IMG/VR virus record: IMGVR_UViG_3300037047_000246
Origin: a virus
Taxonomy: Duplodnaviria; Caudoviricetes
Reading direction: 5' to 3' (one strand)
DNA: 64,000 nt
Below the pieces are notes generated by a model that was not told the DNA's origin, searched no databases, and saw only the letters and a list, made by a program, of their open reading frames with translations. Shown piece by piece: positions 37,867 through 46,940 of the stretch. Each line of letters begins with the position of its first letter. Position 1 is the first letter of the stretch. The translations under genes were made by a program, and so were the position numbers.

Positions 37867-38337
37867 TCACGACTGGTGCACTCCCTCGCAAATGGCTTCC
37901 CTCACGAGCTGCTGCAGCTGCTTTTGCGTCATGCCGCGGTTGACCAGATCTTGCACTTGCTCCTTGAAAGCTCGGCACTTCAGTTCCAAATTCCTTTTGT
38001 CCAGTGCCCGGCGTGAAGACTTGGCGCCGGCGGCAGCTTGGCGCAGGGCCTTCGCCACAGCTTTTTGCTGACCAGAGTCGGCTCTGGCCTCGTTTGCCCG
38101 AGCGGCCACCTGGCCGGACAGCTGAGCGGCGTCCTGCTCGGACAAGCAGACTCCGAAAGACAACGCCCAAGCGCGCAAGTGCTCTTTGGTTTTGTCAACG
38201 TCTCCTGAGTCCAGAACTTTGCACTCGACATATTTGCTGCCTGCAGCGGACTTGAACAGCACCGGCACGGACACTGGCACGGACACTTTGCCGGAGCCGT
38301 CCATCCAGAGTTTGCCGAGTCCAACCTCAAACTTCAT
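37867..38337 (-). CDS. Hypothetical protein with helical tag (CEGVHQS)
   Basis: AAGGAG SD after the promoter cassette. Confidence 0.75.
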   Translation of the reverse strand: MKFEVGLGKLWMDGSGKVSVPVSVPVLFKSAAGSKYVECKVLDSGDVDKTKEHLRAWALSFGVCLSEQDAAQLSGQVAARANEARADSGQQKAVAKALRQAAAGAKSSRRALDKRNLELKCRAFKEQVQDLVNRGMTQKQLQQLVREAICEGVHQS

Positions 38338-38360
38338 TACTAGCTCCTTCTTCCCCGGCT

Positions 38361-38400
38361 CGGTACGCGCGGCGCGCGGCGCCTTGCGCCGGCGCTCAAG
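38361..38400 (-). promoter_or_regulatory. Conserved promoter-like cassette; 39/40 identical to 49775..49814 on the opposite strand
   Basis: CTTGAGCGCCGGCGCAAGGCGCCG(C/T)GCGCCGCGCGTACCG. Confidence 0.75.
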
Positions 38401-38929
38401 CTTCCTGCACCAAGCGAATGAGCTTGACCCGGTCGCGATATAGCCCATCCGGCTCCATCGAGTACTGGACCTGGCAGCAGTCGGCGAGTTTGGCCCAGAA
38501 CCGGAGCTTCTGGATGGTCTTGCCGTTCTTGCCCACGACCCTCCAAGTGATGGAGTCGTAATCATCCCCTTCCTTCAGGCGCCCCTTGTTGAAGGTCCGG
38601 ATGTAGACCCGGTCGCACTCCAAAGCCAGACCGGCCGGCAGGGTCACTTGGGTGCGCTTCAGAACTCCTCCGTAGCGCTGGCCCTCGACTGAGTCGTAGC
38701 AATCCTTCCAGTGATTGCCTGTGGGTTTGAAAACTCCGAGCGCCTTGCCGAACTCGTGGTTGCGACCCTCGAAATACAGCGTGAAGGTCCAAGACTCGGC
38801 CAGCACAATCCGGTCTCCGCAAGCTGGAATGAACAGCTTGGTAGCTTGCTTACGCGCCAGCGGCGTCTTGGACGCAAGTTCGCTCAAGTCCAACGGCCCG
38901 TTCTGTTTTGTCTTCTTGATCTTTGCCAT
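38396..38929 (-). CDS. Phage hypothetical protein with tag (IRLVQEA)
   Basis: 177 aa; LFIPACGD...LECDRVYIR...RFWAKLADC. Confidence 0.8.
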   Translation of the reverse strand: MAKIKKTKQNGPLDLSELASKTPLARKQATKLFIPACGDRIVLAESWTFTLYFEGRNHEFGKALGVFKPTGNHWKDCYDSVEGQRYGGVLKRTQVTLPAGLALECDRVYIRTFNKGRLKEGDDYDSITWRVVGKNGKTIQKLRFWAKLADCCQVQYSMEPDGLYRDRVKLIRLVQEA

Positions 38930-38932
38930 CGG

Positions 38933-39190
38933 TCATCTCCCGGAACCTGAGCAGACCCACTGGCGCACTTCAGCTGCGGCCGGCTCGACGCGGTGCAGCG
39001 CGAAGGTCCAGACTTCGTCGGAGATAAAGCCCCGGCCGCAGCTGCACTCATAGCACTGATCTAAGATTTCGAACCGGACTGTCATCGGCAAGTCGGCCCG
39101 GCGAGCGAACCGCAGAATCTTGCTGGCTTGCTGGGTCGCCAGCTCGTCTTTTTTGGCGAACAGAATTTCCTGCTTGGTTTTCCTAGGCAT
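38933..39190 (-). CDS. Hypothetical protein
   Basis: GGAGGT SD; YECSCG. Confidence 0.55.
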   Translation of the reverse strand: MPRKTKQEILFAKKDELATQQASKILRFARRADLPMTVRFEILDQCYECSCGRGFISDEVWTFALHRVEPAAAEVRQWVCSGSGR

Positions 39191-39374
39191 CGTGTACCTC
39201 CGCCACTTGGTTGAGTTGGTCGGCCACCGCGCTCGCCTCGCCGTACGTGTCTGCCGCAGCCACCTCCAGGTCTGGGACCTGGCCTAAAAACTCTGGCGTC
39301 ATACGTTCTCTCGGCATGGCCCGGTACCACCCTGACGCGTCCTTCAGCACGGCGTAAAGCTTGGGCTCAGGCAC
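39183..39374 (-). CDS. Micro-protein with tag (VAEVHDA)
   Basis: ...ADTYGEASAVADQLNQVAEVHDA*. Confidence 0.7.
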   Translation of the reverse strand: MPEPKLYAVLKDASGWYRAMPRERMTPEFLGQVPDLEVAAADTYGEASAVADQLNQVAEVHDA

Positions 39375-39561
39375 CGTGCACCTGCGCCACTTGGTTGAGT
39401 TTTTCGGCCAGCAGACACGCTTCCACGAACGGCATCTTGCTGCTCACAATTTCGACGTGTCTGAACATGAAGAACCACGAGCCCGCTTGGACCGGCGAGT
39501 ATCGCCCGCATATGTCGCGGCGAACAATCCAGCAACAAGCCGTCACATCAGAGTATTGCAT
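39367..39561 (-). CDS. Micro-protein with tag (VAQVHGA)
   Basis: ...EACLLAEKLNQVAQVHGA*. Confidence 0.65.
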   Translation of the reverse strand: MQYSDVTACCWIVRRDICGRYSPVQAGSWFFMFRHVEIVSSKMPFVEACLLAEKLNQVAQVHGA

Positions 39562-39582
39562 TTTGTCCGCTCCCGGCGCAGG

Positions 39583-40158
39583 TCAGCTAATTTGAACGTC
39601 CGCCACTGCCATGAGGTCCTCGAGCTCCTGCTCGGTTGTCGGCGCAGCGTGGTGCTGCAGCAGCTGCGCCACCATCCCAAGCCGAGTGCCAGGCCGGATG
39701 TTGGTGGGCGTCGTGCCGCCGTTTCGAAGCAGCATCAACTGCACGGCTGACACTAGGTCGCGGACCGGCATCGAATACCCGCGAGCCTCGATCAAGCCCG
39801 CGTCGGCAGAGCGCCATATGAACTCGTTGACGAGCGCCGTCGGGATGGGCCTGATCTTTCTGCATAAGCGCTCGTAAGAGACGGCAAGCTTGGCCAAAGA
39901 CACGGTCAGCATGCCTGCCACAGGCCAATGCGCCCCAGGCTTGGGCTGGAATTTGTCCATCGTCAAACGCCGCAGCAAGTAGTGCCGCAGCGCGGCGGTC
40001 GGATCGCACTTCGGGCAGTCGACTACGTGCTTTTTGACTTCAGTGTACAGATGCACATTGTCGACCATGAACCGTTCGACCCGGTCGGTCTTATCCAGCT
40101 TGAACCGGCCGTTTCCGCCTTTGCCGTTGCCGGACACCGTGATGATGCAGTCAAACAT
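39583..40158 (-). CDS. Hypothetical protein with tag (VADVQIS)
   Basis: Start at MFDCII after a GGTGA SD; HVVDCPKC. Confidence 0.7.
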   Translation of the reverse strand: MFDCIITVSGNGKGGNGRFKLDKTDRVERFMVDNVHLYTEVKKHVVDCPKCDPTAALRHYLLRRLTMDKFQPKPGAHWPVAGMLTVSLAKLAVSYERLCRKIRPIPTALVNEFIWRSADAGLIEARGYSMPVRDLVSAVQLMLLRNGGTTPTNIRPGTRLGMVAQLLQHHAAPTTEQELEDLMAVADVQIS

Positions 40159-40163
40159 ATGCG

Positions 40164-40376
40164 TCACCAATCCCCCAGCGCTCGAAACGCTGCTGTCAGC
40201 TTCGCCATATCCTTGGGCTGCGGCTCGTCGAGCAGCTCCCAGCGCACGTTGAAGACGTGCTTGCGCCGGAACCGCGCGAGCCAGGAGAGCACGCGCCCGA
40301 GCGGGATCGTCGCGTGCGTCGTGGGCGCGTTGCCGGCGCACTTCTCGTACGTCACCTTCATCAGCACTCGGACCAT
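40164..40376 (-). CDS. Micro-protein
   Basis: GGAGGTGA SD after a promoter-like element. Confidence 0.65.
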   Translation of the reverse strand: MVRVLMKVTYEKCAGNAPTTHATIPLGRVLSWLARFRRKHVFNVRWELLDEPQPKDMAKLTAAFRALGDW

Positions 40377-40443
40377 GCTCTATCACCTCCGCGATCGTAT
40401 ATTCGCGGCGCGCGGCGGGCTCCGGCCGGCTTCAGGGAAGGCG

Positions 40444-41424
40444 TCACTCGGCCATCATGGTGTAAATTTGAAGGAGCGGGATAGCGGCCAGAGCGATGCC
40501 CTTGCCTTTGTGCTCGTGGCGCGCCACGACTTTGGTCATCTCGTAAAGGGCATTCGAAGCCGCGCGGTTGTTTTGATCCCAGCCGTAACCCATCCGAAGC
40601 TTGTCCCAGCTCCAGCGGCGCTCGTTGTAATCCTGGTGCGCCACAGTCATGAGGCGGGCCAAGTCTTCGGGCTCGGGCAGCTTCATGCCTTTGGGCCAAT
40701 GCTGTTCGACGACCTTGACAAACGTCTGGGCGAAGTCGTCCTTGCCCTTGGAAATGAGCTTTTCGATTCGGCGGTCAATCGCCTCCTTCTTCGAGACCAG
40801 GACCTCGGGCCAGGCAACGGCCAGGCGCTGCTGCAGGTCCGCGAAGTGCGGGCTGTTGGCAGCCAACCAATCCAATTCAATCCACTGCTCGAACTCCTTG
40901 GCCACTCGGGTCTCGATCACCAGCGGCGACAGCCCATCTCGCACCAGCTCGAACTTCGGCTGCACCAGCACGCTGCCTTGCTCCTCGACCGGGTCCGGCG
41001 CGTGCTCTCGCTTGTGCGTGGCCATGATGTCTCGAAGCTTGAATTCGATGGGCGCCGAGAGCCATTGCACGGCGCGGTCGCACTCGGCAGGCGCGGTCGC
41101 CCGCGCTCGCTGCCGGAAGGCATATTCGAAGCCGCTCATCTGGCGCGCTTGCGGCCACAGGCTGTCGATGAGCCCGGCCAGGGCTTCAGGCTGCATCTGG
41201 GTGGCCAGCTTGGCCGTTTGCAACAGGAGGCTGCCTTTTGGCGGCGCATACCCCCAGGCGGAGCACTCTCCGCCGCAAGCAATCCTGTAGCCTTCGACCA
41301 GGTCTGTGCCGTTGGTCAGCAGCACCCGGTGCTCAGCCAGCTTGCCTCGGATCTCCCCAAGATCGATCAGGCACATGACGCGCTGCAGCAAGTCGTTGAG
41401 TTCGGCAGGCATCTGCTCGAGCAT
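40444..41424 (-). CDS. Hypothetical protein (326 aa)
   Basis: GAGGTGA SD, promoter cassette and GC3-rich codons. Confidence 0.8.
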   Translation of the reverse strand: MLEQMPAELNDLLQRVMCLIDLGEIRGKLAEHRVLLTNGTDLVEGYRIACGGECSAWGYAPPKGSLLLQTAKLATQMQPEALAGLIDSLWPQARQMSGFEYAFRQRARATAPAECDRAVQWLSAPIEFKLRDIMATHKREHAPDPVEEQGSVLVQPKFELVRDGLSPLVIETRVAKEFEQWIELDWLAANSPHFADLQQRLAVAWPEVLVSKKEAIDRRIEKLISKGKDDFAQTFVKVVEQHWPKGMKLPEPEDLARLMTVAHQDYNERRWSWDKLRMGYGWDQNNRAASNALYEMTKVVARHEHKGKGIALAAIPLLQIYTMMAE

Positions 41425-41427
41425 TCG

Positions 41428-41480
41428 GTCACCTCTTTGGCGGGTACGCGGGAGGGCGGCGCACTGCCGCCCTCCCCTCA
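41428..41480 (-). promoter_or_regulatory. Promoter-like cassette with an 11-bp hairpin
   Basis: GGGAGGGCGGC-AGTGC-GCCGCCCTCCC, then GCGTACCCG and GAGGTGA. Confidence 0.65.
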
Positions 41481-41484
41481 GGGA

Positions 41485-42726
41485 TCATTCGTAATCCCTC
41501 ACGGCGACAAACGAAGCGCATTTAGGTATGCCGTCCGATGTCGTGTCTGCAAAGCGGTAGGTGATTGTCGCACCCACTTTCGGCGGATTGTCGCGCTCGC
41601 GGTCCGTGAGCCCGGTGCCAACGTTGAACGTCTTGCCGTCGGCCATCCGGACCTCGAGCCCGCCCAAGCGACCCTTGTGGCGGCCCTTGCCGGCCACATG
41701 TCTAATGACCACGGCTTCGGCGTCCTTGAATGGCTTGAACTTCATCAAGGTGCTCGATCTTCGCGGCTCGTAGGAGCTGCCCGGCTTGCGGTACATCAGC
41801 CCCTCGGCCCCGTCCGCTGTCGCCTGCTTCAGGTGCGCCTCGGCCTCTGCTCGGCTCTTGCACGGCGAGTGGGGGTGGACGTGCGCGAAGTGTCCCAGCT
41901 CCAGTCCGGCCAGGTATGTCAGGCGCTGCTCGAATCCCTCGGTGCGGTTCGGTGCGTCGAACACCACGAACGAGACCTTGTCCCAGGCCTGGCCGGACCC
42001 GGCAGACCGGACGACCGAAATGGTCTTTTGGAACTGCTTGCGCCCCATCCACAACTCGCCGTCCAGCGGCACCTGGGGCAGCTCCGCCACGAAGAAGTCC
42101 GGGGCCTCGTAGACATTGCCCTGCCGCGAAATGAACTGAACACCTGACCAGTAGGCCCGGACGCCGTCGAGCTTCTCGGACTCGAGCCACCCAGTCGGGT
42201 CGAAGTCGTCCTCGACCGAGTTGGCCAGCAGCACAGGCGGTCCAAACAAATTTGTTTTCTCGTCCTGCCTGAGCTTGCGGCCCAGCCGCGCTTCCTCCTC
42301 GGCGTAGATGATCGTTTTCTCCTGGTCGGTGAAAGGCTGGAATCCGCCGAACCGGTTGACCCGCTTGGTCTTGTCCCGTTCAATGCCACCGTCCTGACAC
42401 GGGACGGTACTTTCCTGGGCTTGGGGCACCCGGGCAGGGGCGCTGACCCCCATGACCTGACGCACGACCTCCTCGGGGTCTTCCTGACCCCGAGCGGGCA
42501 TGGTCACTGGAGAAGTGGCCGGAGCGCCGCTCGAGATACGGGACTCTTCGACCGCTCGGCCTCGCTGGGCAATCAGGTGCTTGCATGTGCGTTGGTCGAT
42601 CGGCTTACTCTGCCGGGTCCAAGCAGGGCACGAGCAGCTGTATACCTCTCCGCGCCGGAGCAGCTTGTAGGGCTTGGCGCCGGAACCTTGAACCTGTCGA
42701 ACTTCCCCGTCTTGCCAGTCTGACAT
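41485..42726 (-). CDS. ATP-dependent DNA ligase with an N-terminal SWIM zinc finger
   Basis: YSCSCPAW...TCKHL (SWIM); SEKLDGVRA (KxDG adenylation motif), LDGELW, FDAP, EGLMYR, and an OB-fold FNVGTG. Confidence 0.95.
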   Translation of the reverse strand: MSDWQDGEVRQVQGSGAKPYKLLRRGEVYSCSCPAWTRQSKPIDQRTCKHLIAQRGRAVEESRISSGAPATSPVTMPARGQEDPEEVVRQVMGVSAPARVPQAQESTVPCQDGGIERDKTKRVNRFGGFQPFTDQEKTIIYAEEEARLGRKLRQDEKTNLFGPPVLLANSVEDDFDPTGWLESEKLDGVRAYWSGVQFISRQGNVYEAPDFFVAELPQVPLDGELWMGRKQFQKTISVVRSAGSGQAWDKVSFVVFDAPNRTEGFEQRLTYLAGLELGHFAHVHPHSPCKSRAEAEAHLKQATADGAEGLMYRKPGSSYEPRRSSTLMKFKPFKDAEAVVIRHVAGKGRHKGRLGGLEVRMADGKTFNVGTGLTDRERDNPPKVGATITYRFADTTSDGIPKCASFVAVRDYE

Positions 42727-42729
42727 GTT

Positions 42730-42783
42730 GTCACCTCCGCGATCCGGTACGCGCAACCGCCGCGCGCCTCCGGTGTTGTTTCG
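42730..42783 (-). promoter_or_regulatory. Promoter-like cassette upstream of the ligase
   Basis: CGAA-N28-CGTACCG...GGAGGTGA-caac-ATG. Confidence 0.7.
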
Positions 42784-42793
42784 CCAGCACCAG

Positions 42794-43135
42794 TTACATC
42801 CCGGTTGAAAAACGCTCCCAGATCCGCTGCACGAGCTGTTGAACCTTAGGAAAGGAAACCTCTTCGAACGAAGGCAGCCAGCGGTTGTCTACTTCCACAG
42901 GCTGAGTTGTATCCACAAATGCATGGACGTAGCGGATTTTGTTGACTCCGTCATATTGAGCTTCCTCAACAAACTGAACTTCAATGCGAATGGGCGTCTT
43001 TTTCTTGCCCTCGATCGCCTCAGCGGTCACCTCGTAGCTGGCAAAGCACAGAGACGACTCCGGTTGGATGACCAGTTTCTTGATTCGGGTTGTTGTCTGG
43101 ACCTCTTTGCGCACCTTTTGCGAATTCATCATCAC
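42794..43135 (-). CDS. Hypothetical protein
   Basis: GAGGAG SD. Confidence 0.65.
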   Translation of the reverse strand: MMMNSQKVRKEVQTTTRIKKLVIQPESSLCFASYEVTAEAIEGKKKTPIRIEVQFVEEAQYDGVNKIRYVHAFVDTTQPVEVDNRWLPSFEEVSFPKVQQLVQRIWERFSTGM

Positions 43136-43154
43136 TTCTCCTCGATTCTGAGCA

Positions 43155-43553
43155 TCATTTGGTGAGTTGACGCCCTTTCGCCTTCAGTGCTTGCGCCTCT
43201 TCGCACCATTGCTCGAGCACTTCAATGAGCAAGATTGTTTGGCGATCTTCGAAGTATCCGCCGCAGGCCTCGCTTGCTTGGGGCAAGCCGAGGCCAGGAT
43301 GTTCTTCCAGCTCTTGGCCGTTCAGTTCCCATTCCTCCTCGCCGAAGTCGCCGTTCACAACGCCACTGCCTGTCAGCAGACCCAGCGGGGTGTCGGCTTC
43401 CAGCTCGAAGTAGCCAGTGGTGCGATCGTCGCCAGGGTCGAACTTAAACTGCACAATTTTGACCGGGCTCTTTTTGATCAAAAGCTGGTCGATGCGGGCG
43501 CGCTTCGCGCGCAGCTGCTCGGTTGTCATCTCAGATAGCTTCATGCTCGTCAC
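43155..43553 (-). CDS. Acidic hypothetical protein
   Basis: GAGGTGA SD, coupled. Confidence 0.7.
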   Translation of the reverse strand: MTSMKLSEMTTEQLRAKRARIDQLLIKKSPVKIVQFKFDPGDDRTTGYFELEADTPLGLLTGSGVVNGDFGEEEWELNGQELEEHPGLGLPQASEACGGYFEDRQTILLIEVLEQWCEEAQALKAKGRQLTK

Positions 43554-43870
43554 CTCATCGCCTTGTTGACGGCCCTTGCCACGTCGCGAAGCCGCCGCAG
43601 GCTCAAGTCGTCAAATTCGCCGCCAAACGCCTCGCGGATCGGCTCGTCTGCCTCGCAGTCCAGTTCAGGCGCTTCTTCCATTTTGCCGCCGCGCCAGCGC
43701 CAAATCGTGAGAAAGTAGCTGCCGTTGGGCGAGAACAGGTCGTAGTTGTCTGGAAACTTGAACTGGACGCGGATTCGCGTTTCCGGCAGATTGAACTCGA
43801 ATGAGATCTCTCCCATGCTCTTGTCGTTTGCACGCACCAGCTTCACCTCATTGACCTTGATCTTTGGCAT
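43550..43870 (-). CDS. Hypothetical protein
   Basis: Start at MPKIKV after GAGGAG. Confidence 0.7.
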   Translation of the reverse strand: MPKIKVNEVKLVRANDKSMGEISFEFNLPETRIRVQFKFPDNYDLFSPNGSYFLTIWRWRGGKMEEAPELDCEADEPIREAFGGEFDDLSLRRLRDVARAVNKAMR

Positions 43871-43875
43871 GTCCG

Positions 43876-44088
43876 TCACTTCTCCTCGATTCTGAAATCC
43901 CACCAATGGACGTCGTCTTCGTGCCCGGAGTTCCAGCCGCACCGCCTCAGCTCCGCCAGCTCTTCTGCGGTGAAGCTGGATGGAGGCGGGGTCCCGATGC
44001 ACAGCCAGCCTTCGTGCAGGCTCGGGTTGCCGACTGCCCTCGGAGCCAGGATTGCCAGACCTCGAGCCAACATCTCGTTCCTGTTCAT
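43876..44088 (-). CDS. Micro-protein
   Basis: GGAGGTGA SD; ...EELAELRRCGW... Confidence 0.7.
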   Translation of the reverse strand: MNRNEMLARGLAILAPRAVGNPSLHEGWLCIGTPPPSSFTAEELAELRRCGWNSGHEDDVHWWDFRIEEK

Positions 44089-44094
44089 GCTGCG

Positions 44095-44148
44095 GTCACC
44101 TCCGCGGTCCGGTACGCGTGGCGCAGCCAGATCGCTGCCTGGCTTCAA
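44095..44148 (-). promoter_or_regulatory. Promoter-like cassette
   Basis: TTGAA-N27-CGTACCG...GGAGGTGA. Confidence 0.7.
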
Positions 44149-44342
44149 ACCTGGTGCACCAGCCAGCATTCAACTTCTTCGCGCGTCAGAACAGGTATGC
44201 CATATCGCCGCATCTCTTCATCTGTTATGTAAATGTTGCGATGTGCCGGACACACCGCGATGAGAGCGAGTCCGGCATTCACCAGATGAAAGTGTGTGGG
44301 CGGACTTTTACAACCATGGGCTCTGCAAGAAATGTCAACCAT
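44145..44342 (-). CDS. Zinc-finger family A member with tag (CWLVHQV)
   Basis: CRAHGCKSPP...VCPAH...LTREEVECWLVHQV*. Confidence 0.75.
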   Translation of the reverse strand: MVDISCRAHGCKSPPTHFHLVNAGLALIAVCPAHRNIYITDEEMRRYGIPVLTREEVECWLVHQV

Positions 44343-44363
44343 CTTTAACCTTTTCGGTCAGCT

Positions 44364-44564
44364 TCACAGGTCGCAGATTTCGCCGACTCGGCCGATGGCG
44401 TCGTAGCCCTCGACCATGTCGGAAGCCTCTTCCCAGGTGTCGGCCTCGGCGACCTTCTCGACTGTGCCGGCAGCGAATTGCTGCAGCGCCTGCCACTCTT
44501 CTTTGGTCACCGCGCCGTGGACCGTTTTTTCGTGCGTGCGCTTGAAAACCACGAAGTTTTTCAT
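44364..44564 (-). CDS. Micro-protein with a variant tag (VGEICDL)
   Basis: EADTWEEAS resembles AADTYGEAS of 39183..39374. Confidence 0.65.
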   Translation of the reverse strand: MKNFVVFKRTHEKTVHGAVTKEEWQALQQFAAGTVEKVAEADTWEEASDMVEGYDAIGRVGEICDL

Positions 44565-44625
44565 TCTGTCCTTCCAGAGTCGAGCTCTTCGTAGACCACG
44601 ACGCAGCAAGACCAGTCGTGCTCCT

Positions 44626-44931
44626 TCATGTACTTGCCAGATCCTCGAGCATCCACTTGAGGAATGAGGTCCTTTGGCAGACGGCGCAGGCGTCTTCGCC
44701 GCTGCGGAATAAGACATATCTGTCGGTCGGCTGGTGCAAAATCATCTTGTCTTGCTTCAAAAAATGGGTTAGTTTCGTGTCATGCAGCCATTGATCGGTG
44801 CTGTCGCACCAATACACGTCGGCAAGCAGTCCCTGTTGGCCGCTCTCCGATTCGGCCGCTTTGTCTGCCATGTCGGCCATGCGCGCGAATTCTTTGCGTA
44901 GAATTTTGTCGCGGACGACTTCCAACTTCAT
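44626..44931 (-). CDS. Hypothetical protein
   Basis: Coupled ORF. Confidence 0.5.
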   Translation of the reverse strand: MKLEVVRDKILRKEFARMADMADKAAESESGQQGLLADVYWCDSTDQWLHDTKLTHFLKQDKMILHQPTDRYVLFRSGEDACAVCQRTSFLKWMLEDLAST

Positions 44932-45164
44932 GACTTCATAACTCCTCCCACTTCCTCGAGCTGGACCAGCTCGCACTCCTTCTGGTCGTGCTTCGGGTAG
45001 TAAGACTCATGCATCGACAGCCAGCACCTGGGGCAATAAGCCAAGCCCGGGAAATTCGGGTCCAGCAGGCACCCGTTCTCGTGCGGCACCAGCTGGTCCT
45101 GGATCTCTAGCGGGTCCCTAGGCACAGTCCGCTCAAGCGACGTGGCTTCAGGCGTCCGCCTCAT
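44928..45164 (-). CDS. CxxC/H/C micro-protein with tag (VGGVMKS)
   Basis: YCPRCW...KHDQKECELVQLEEVGGVMKS*. Confidence 0.7.
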   Translation of the reverse strand: MRRTPEATSLERTVPRDPLEIQDQLVPHENGCLLDPNFPGLAYCPRCWLSMHESYYPKHDQKECELVQLEEVGGVMKS

Positions 45165-45613
45165 GTCTTTCGCCTCGGCTCTGCAACCTTCTTGACGATT
45201 CCCCAGTCGGCGCTGCCATCAGGATCTTTGATGATTGTCAGCCCATGCCGATGCGCTTGCAGGCGCATCCTTTGCCCAGCCCCCCAACCCCTTGCCGGAC
45301 AGCCGCTTGAGGAGCTTGCTGAACGCCAAATCCGCCGCCATCTGGGCAGAGCTGGCTTCTGCCGAGGCGGACTCGCCGCTTTGAAACATAATGACGAAGT
45401 ACGTCACAACCCCTCCGTGAGGCCACTCTTGGCCAAGAAGGCCGCGGCGGCCACGTCAGCGTCTCGCTCCACAAACACCGAGGAAGTACCTGGCCTTGCC
45501 ACAGTGCCACTTGATGCAGAAGCTAGCTTCTCGCCCGGCGATTGTCGACACCACCCGAGCCTTGGAGCCGCTCAGCCGGGTGAGGCTGCGCGCCATCTGT
45601 TTGGCGAAGGCTT

Positions 45614-46057
45614 TCACGTCTCCTCCTTGCGGCGTTCGACCAGTTGAGCCAGCTTCAAGGCCAGGTCCCTCAGATCTCCGTAAGGCAGCGTCAGCGACAT
45701 CTCGTACAGCGACTGGACTTGGTCCTTGGGGCGGGCCTCGATCACTTCCAGAGAGTACAGCTCGCCGAGCTGCGGGTTCATGGTCCGGTACCCTCCCTCG
45801 ACCAACTGGCTGTCGACCACGCGGTCGCGATTGTACGCCATGATCGTCAGGACCACCTCGCCCTTTCGAGTCATCCACAGCGACTCGAACGTCCCGACGT
45901 AGTGGCGCCTGGCCAGGCCTTCTTGCAAAGTGGCTCGCTCGCTCTCCAAGACGGCCTGGCCGGTCGGGGGCCGTCCGGCCTTGTACGACACGAACAGCAC
46001 GGATCCGCGTCCGCAATCGGCCAGGGCTTCAATCATCTCTCGTTCGGTCATCGGCAT
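45614..46057 (-). CDS. Hypothetical protein, possibly SH3/Sm-like
   Basis: GGAGGTGA SD and promoter cassette; VLFVSYK...YRTMNP...LYSLEV. Confidence 0.75.
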   Translation of the reverse strand: MPMTEREMIEALADCGRGSVLFVSYKAGRPPTGQAVLESERATLQEGLARRHYVGTFESLWMTRKGEVVLTIMAYNRDRVVDSQLVEGGYRTMNPQLGELYSLEVIEARPKDQVQSLYEMSLTLPYGDLRDLALKLAQLVERRKEET

Positions 46058-46076
46058 GTGCGTCACCTCCGCAGCC

Positions 46077-46113
46077 CGGTACGACTCGCCGAGCGCGATC
46101 TGCGCCGGCGCTT
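46077..46113 (-). promoter_or_regulatory. Promoter-like cassette; 35/37 identical to 46891..46927
   Basis: AAGCGCCGGCGCAGATC(G/T)CGC(T/C)CGGCGAGTCGTACCG followed by GGAGGTGA. Confidence 0.75.
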
Positions 46114-46195
46114 CAAGATCCATGTCAGCTCTCCTGGATGCTTTTGACGTTGAACAGATCTTGATGAACGTCATGACCGAGCTCGGTAGATTCGA

Positions 46196-46735
46196 TCACG
46201 ACGTTTGCACCTCCTCGACCTCAAGCAGGTTTGCGAGCTCCCGGCGCTCGTCGGGCGGGTATCAGTCGAGGAATGCCAAAATTCTGCCCAGCTGCGGCCT
46301 GAACTGGCACGGCACGCTCGCCAGATCCAAGTTGTCTGCCAACATGGCACGTAGGTCAAGGTCGTGCTTGATGCCCAGCTCGCGCATCCATTCCATTTGG
46401 CCCTTGATGTAGAGGATGTCTCTCTTCAACCCGGTAACGGGTGGGGTCTTCTTGCACGCGGAGCGCCTCAGGAGCTCGCTTGCAGCCTCTTCCTCCGTCA
46501 TCTTCCAAAATGCGAACGTGAGCGTTACTTTGTCTGTCCGGATGACCATAGCCACGGGACAGTTGCTTCCCAGGAATCTGCTCGATACTGGCCGGGCTTC
46601 CTCGCAGTTGGCCGATCCAACGGCATACCACTCGTCGTCGAGCACCTCATGCGTGGCCACGGCTCTGACTGTGCCGACGGATTTGCCGTCGAGCAGATTC
46701 TGGCAGATTTTGGACAACTTCACCGAGTACTTCAT
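46196..46735 (-). CDS. Hypothetical protein with an in-frame TGA at 46262-46264 preceding the tag (VEEVQTS)
   Basis: ...ILAFLD*YPPDERRELANLLEVEEVQTS*. Confidence 0.7.
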
Positions 46736-46890
46736 GGTGCTTGCACCTCCCGAACGGCCTCCTCGGCCTCTGATCGACAGACAGGATCTTCATTTCACTC
46801 ATTCGCCGGCGCGCTCGCCTCTTGCTTCGCGTACGGTCAGCGCGCCCGGATCGCCGATGCGGTTTGAACTAGTCGCTCATCACTTCCGTC

Positions 46891-46927
46891 CGGTACGACT
46901 CGCCGGGCGAGATCTGCGCCGGCGCTT
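46891..46927 (-). promoter_or_regulatory. Promoter-like cassette
   Basis: Near-identical to 46077..46113. Confidence 0.7.
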
Positions 46928-46940
46928 GACCGGCCATCGT

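Noticed and set aside
41449-41475. Intrinsic terminator after the ligase gene
   Set aside because: There is no U-tract, and the hairpin sits exactly in the spacer position of the promoter-like cassette; a dual role is not excluded.
39928-42147. 739 aa plus-strand ORF, and similar long ORFs at 52454..53848, 55526..57172, 60644..62314 and 61770..63197
   Set aside because: These are antisense or alternate-frame shadows of GC3-biased genes with recognisable motifs (ligase, DUF6011, VWA, MoxR, HNH); their translations show no recognisable motifs.
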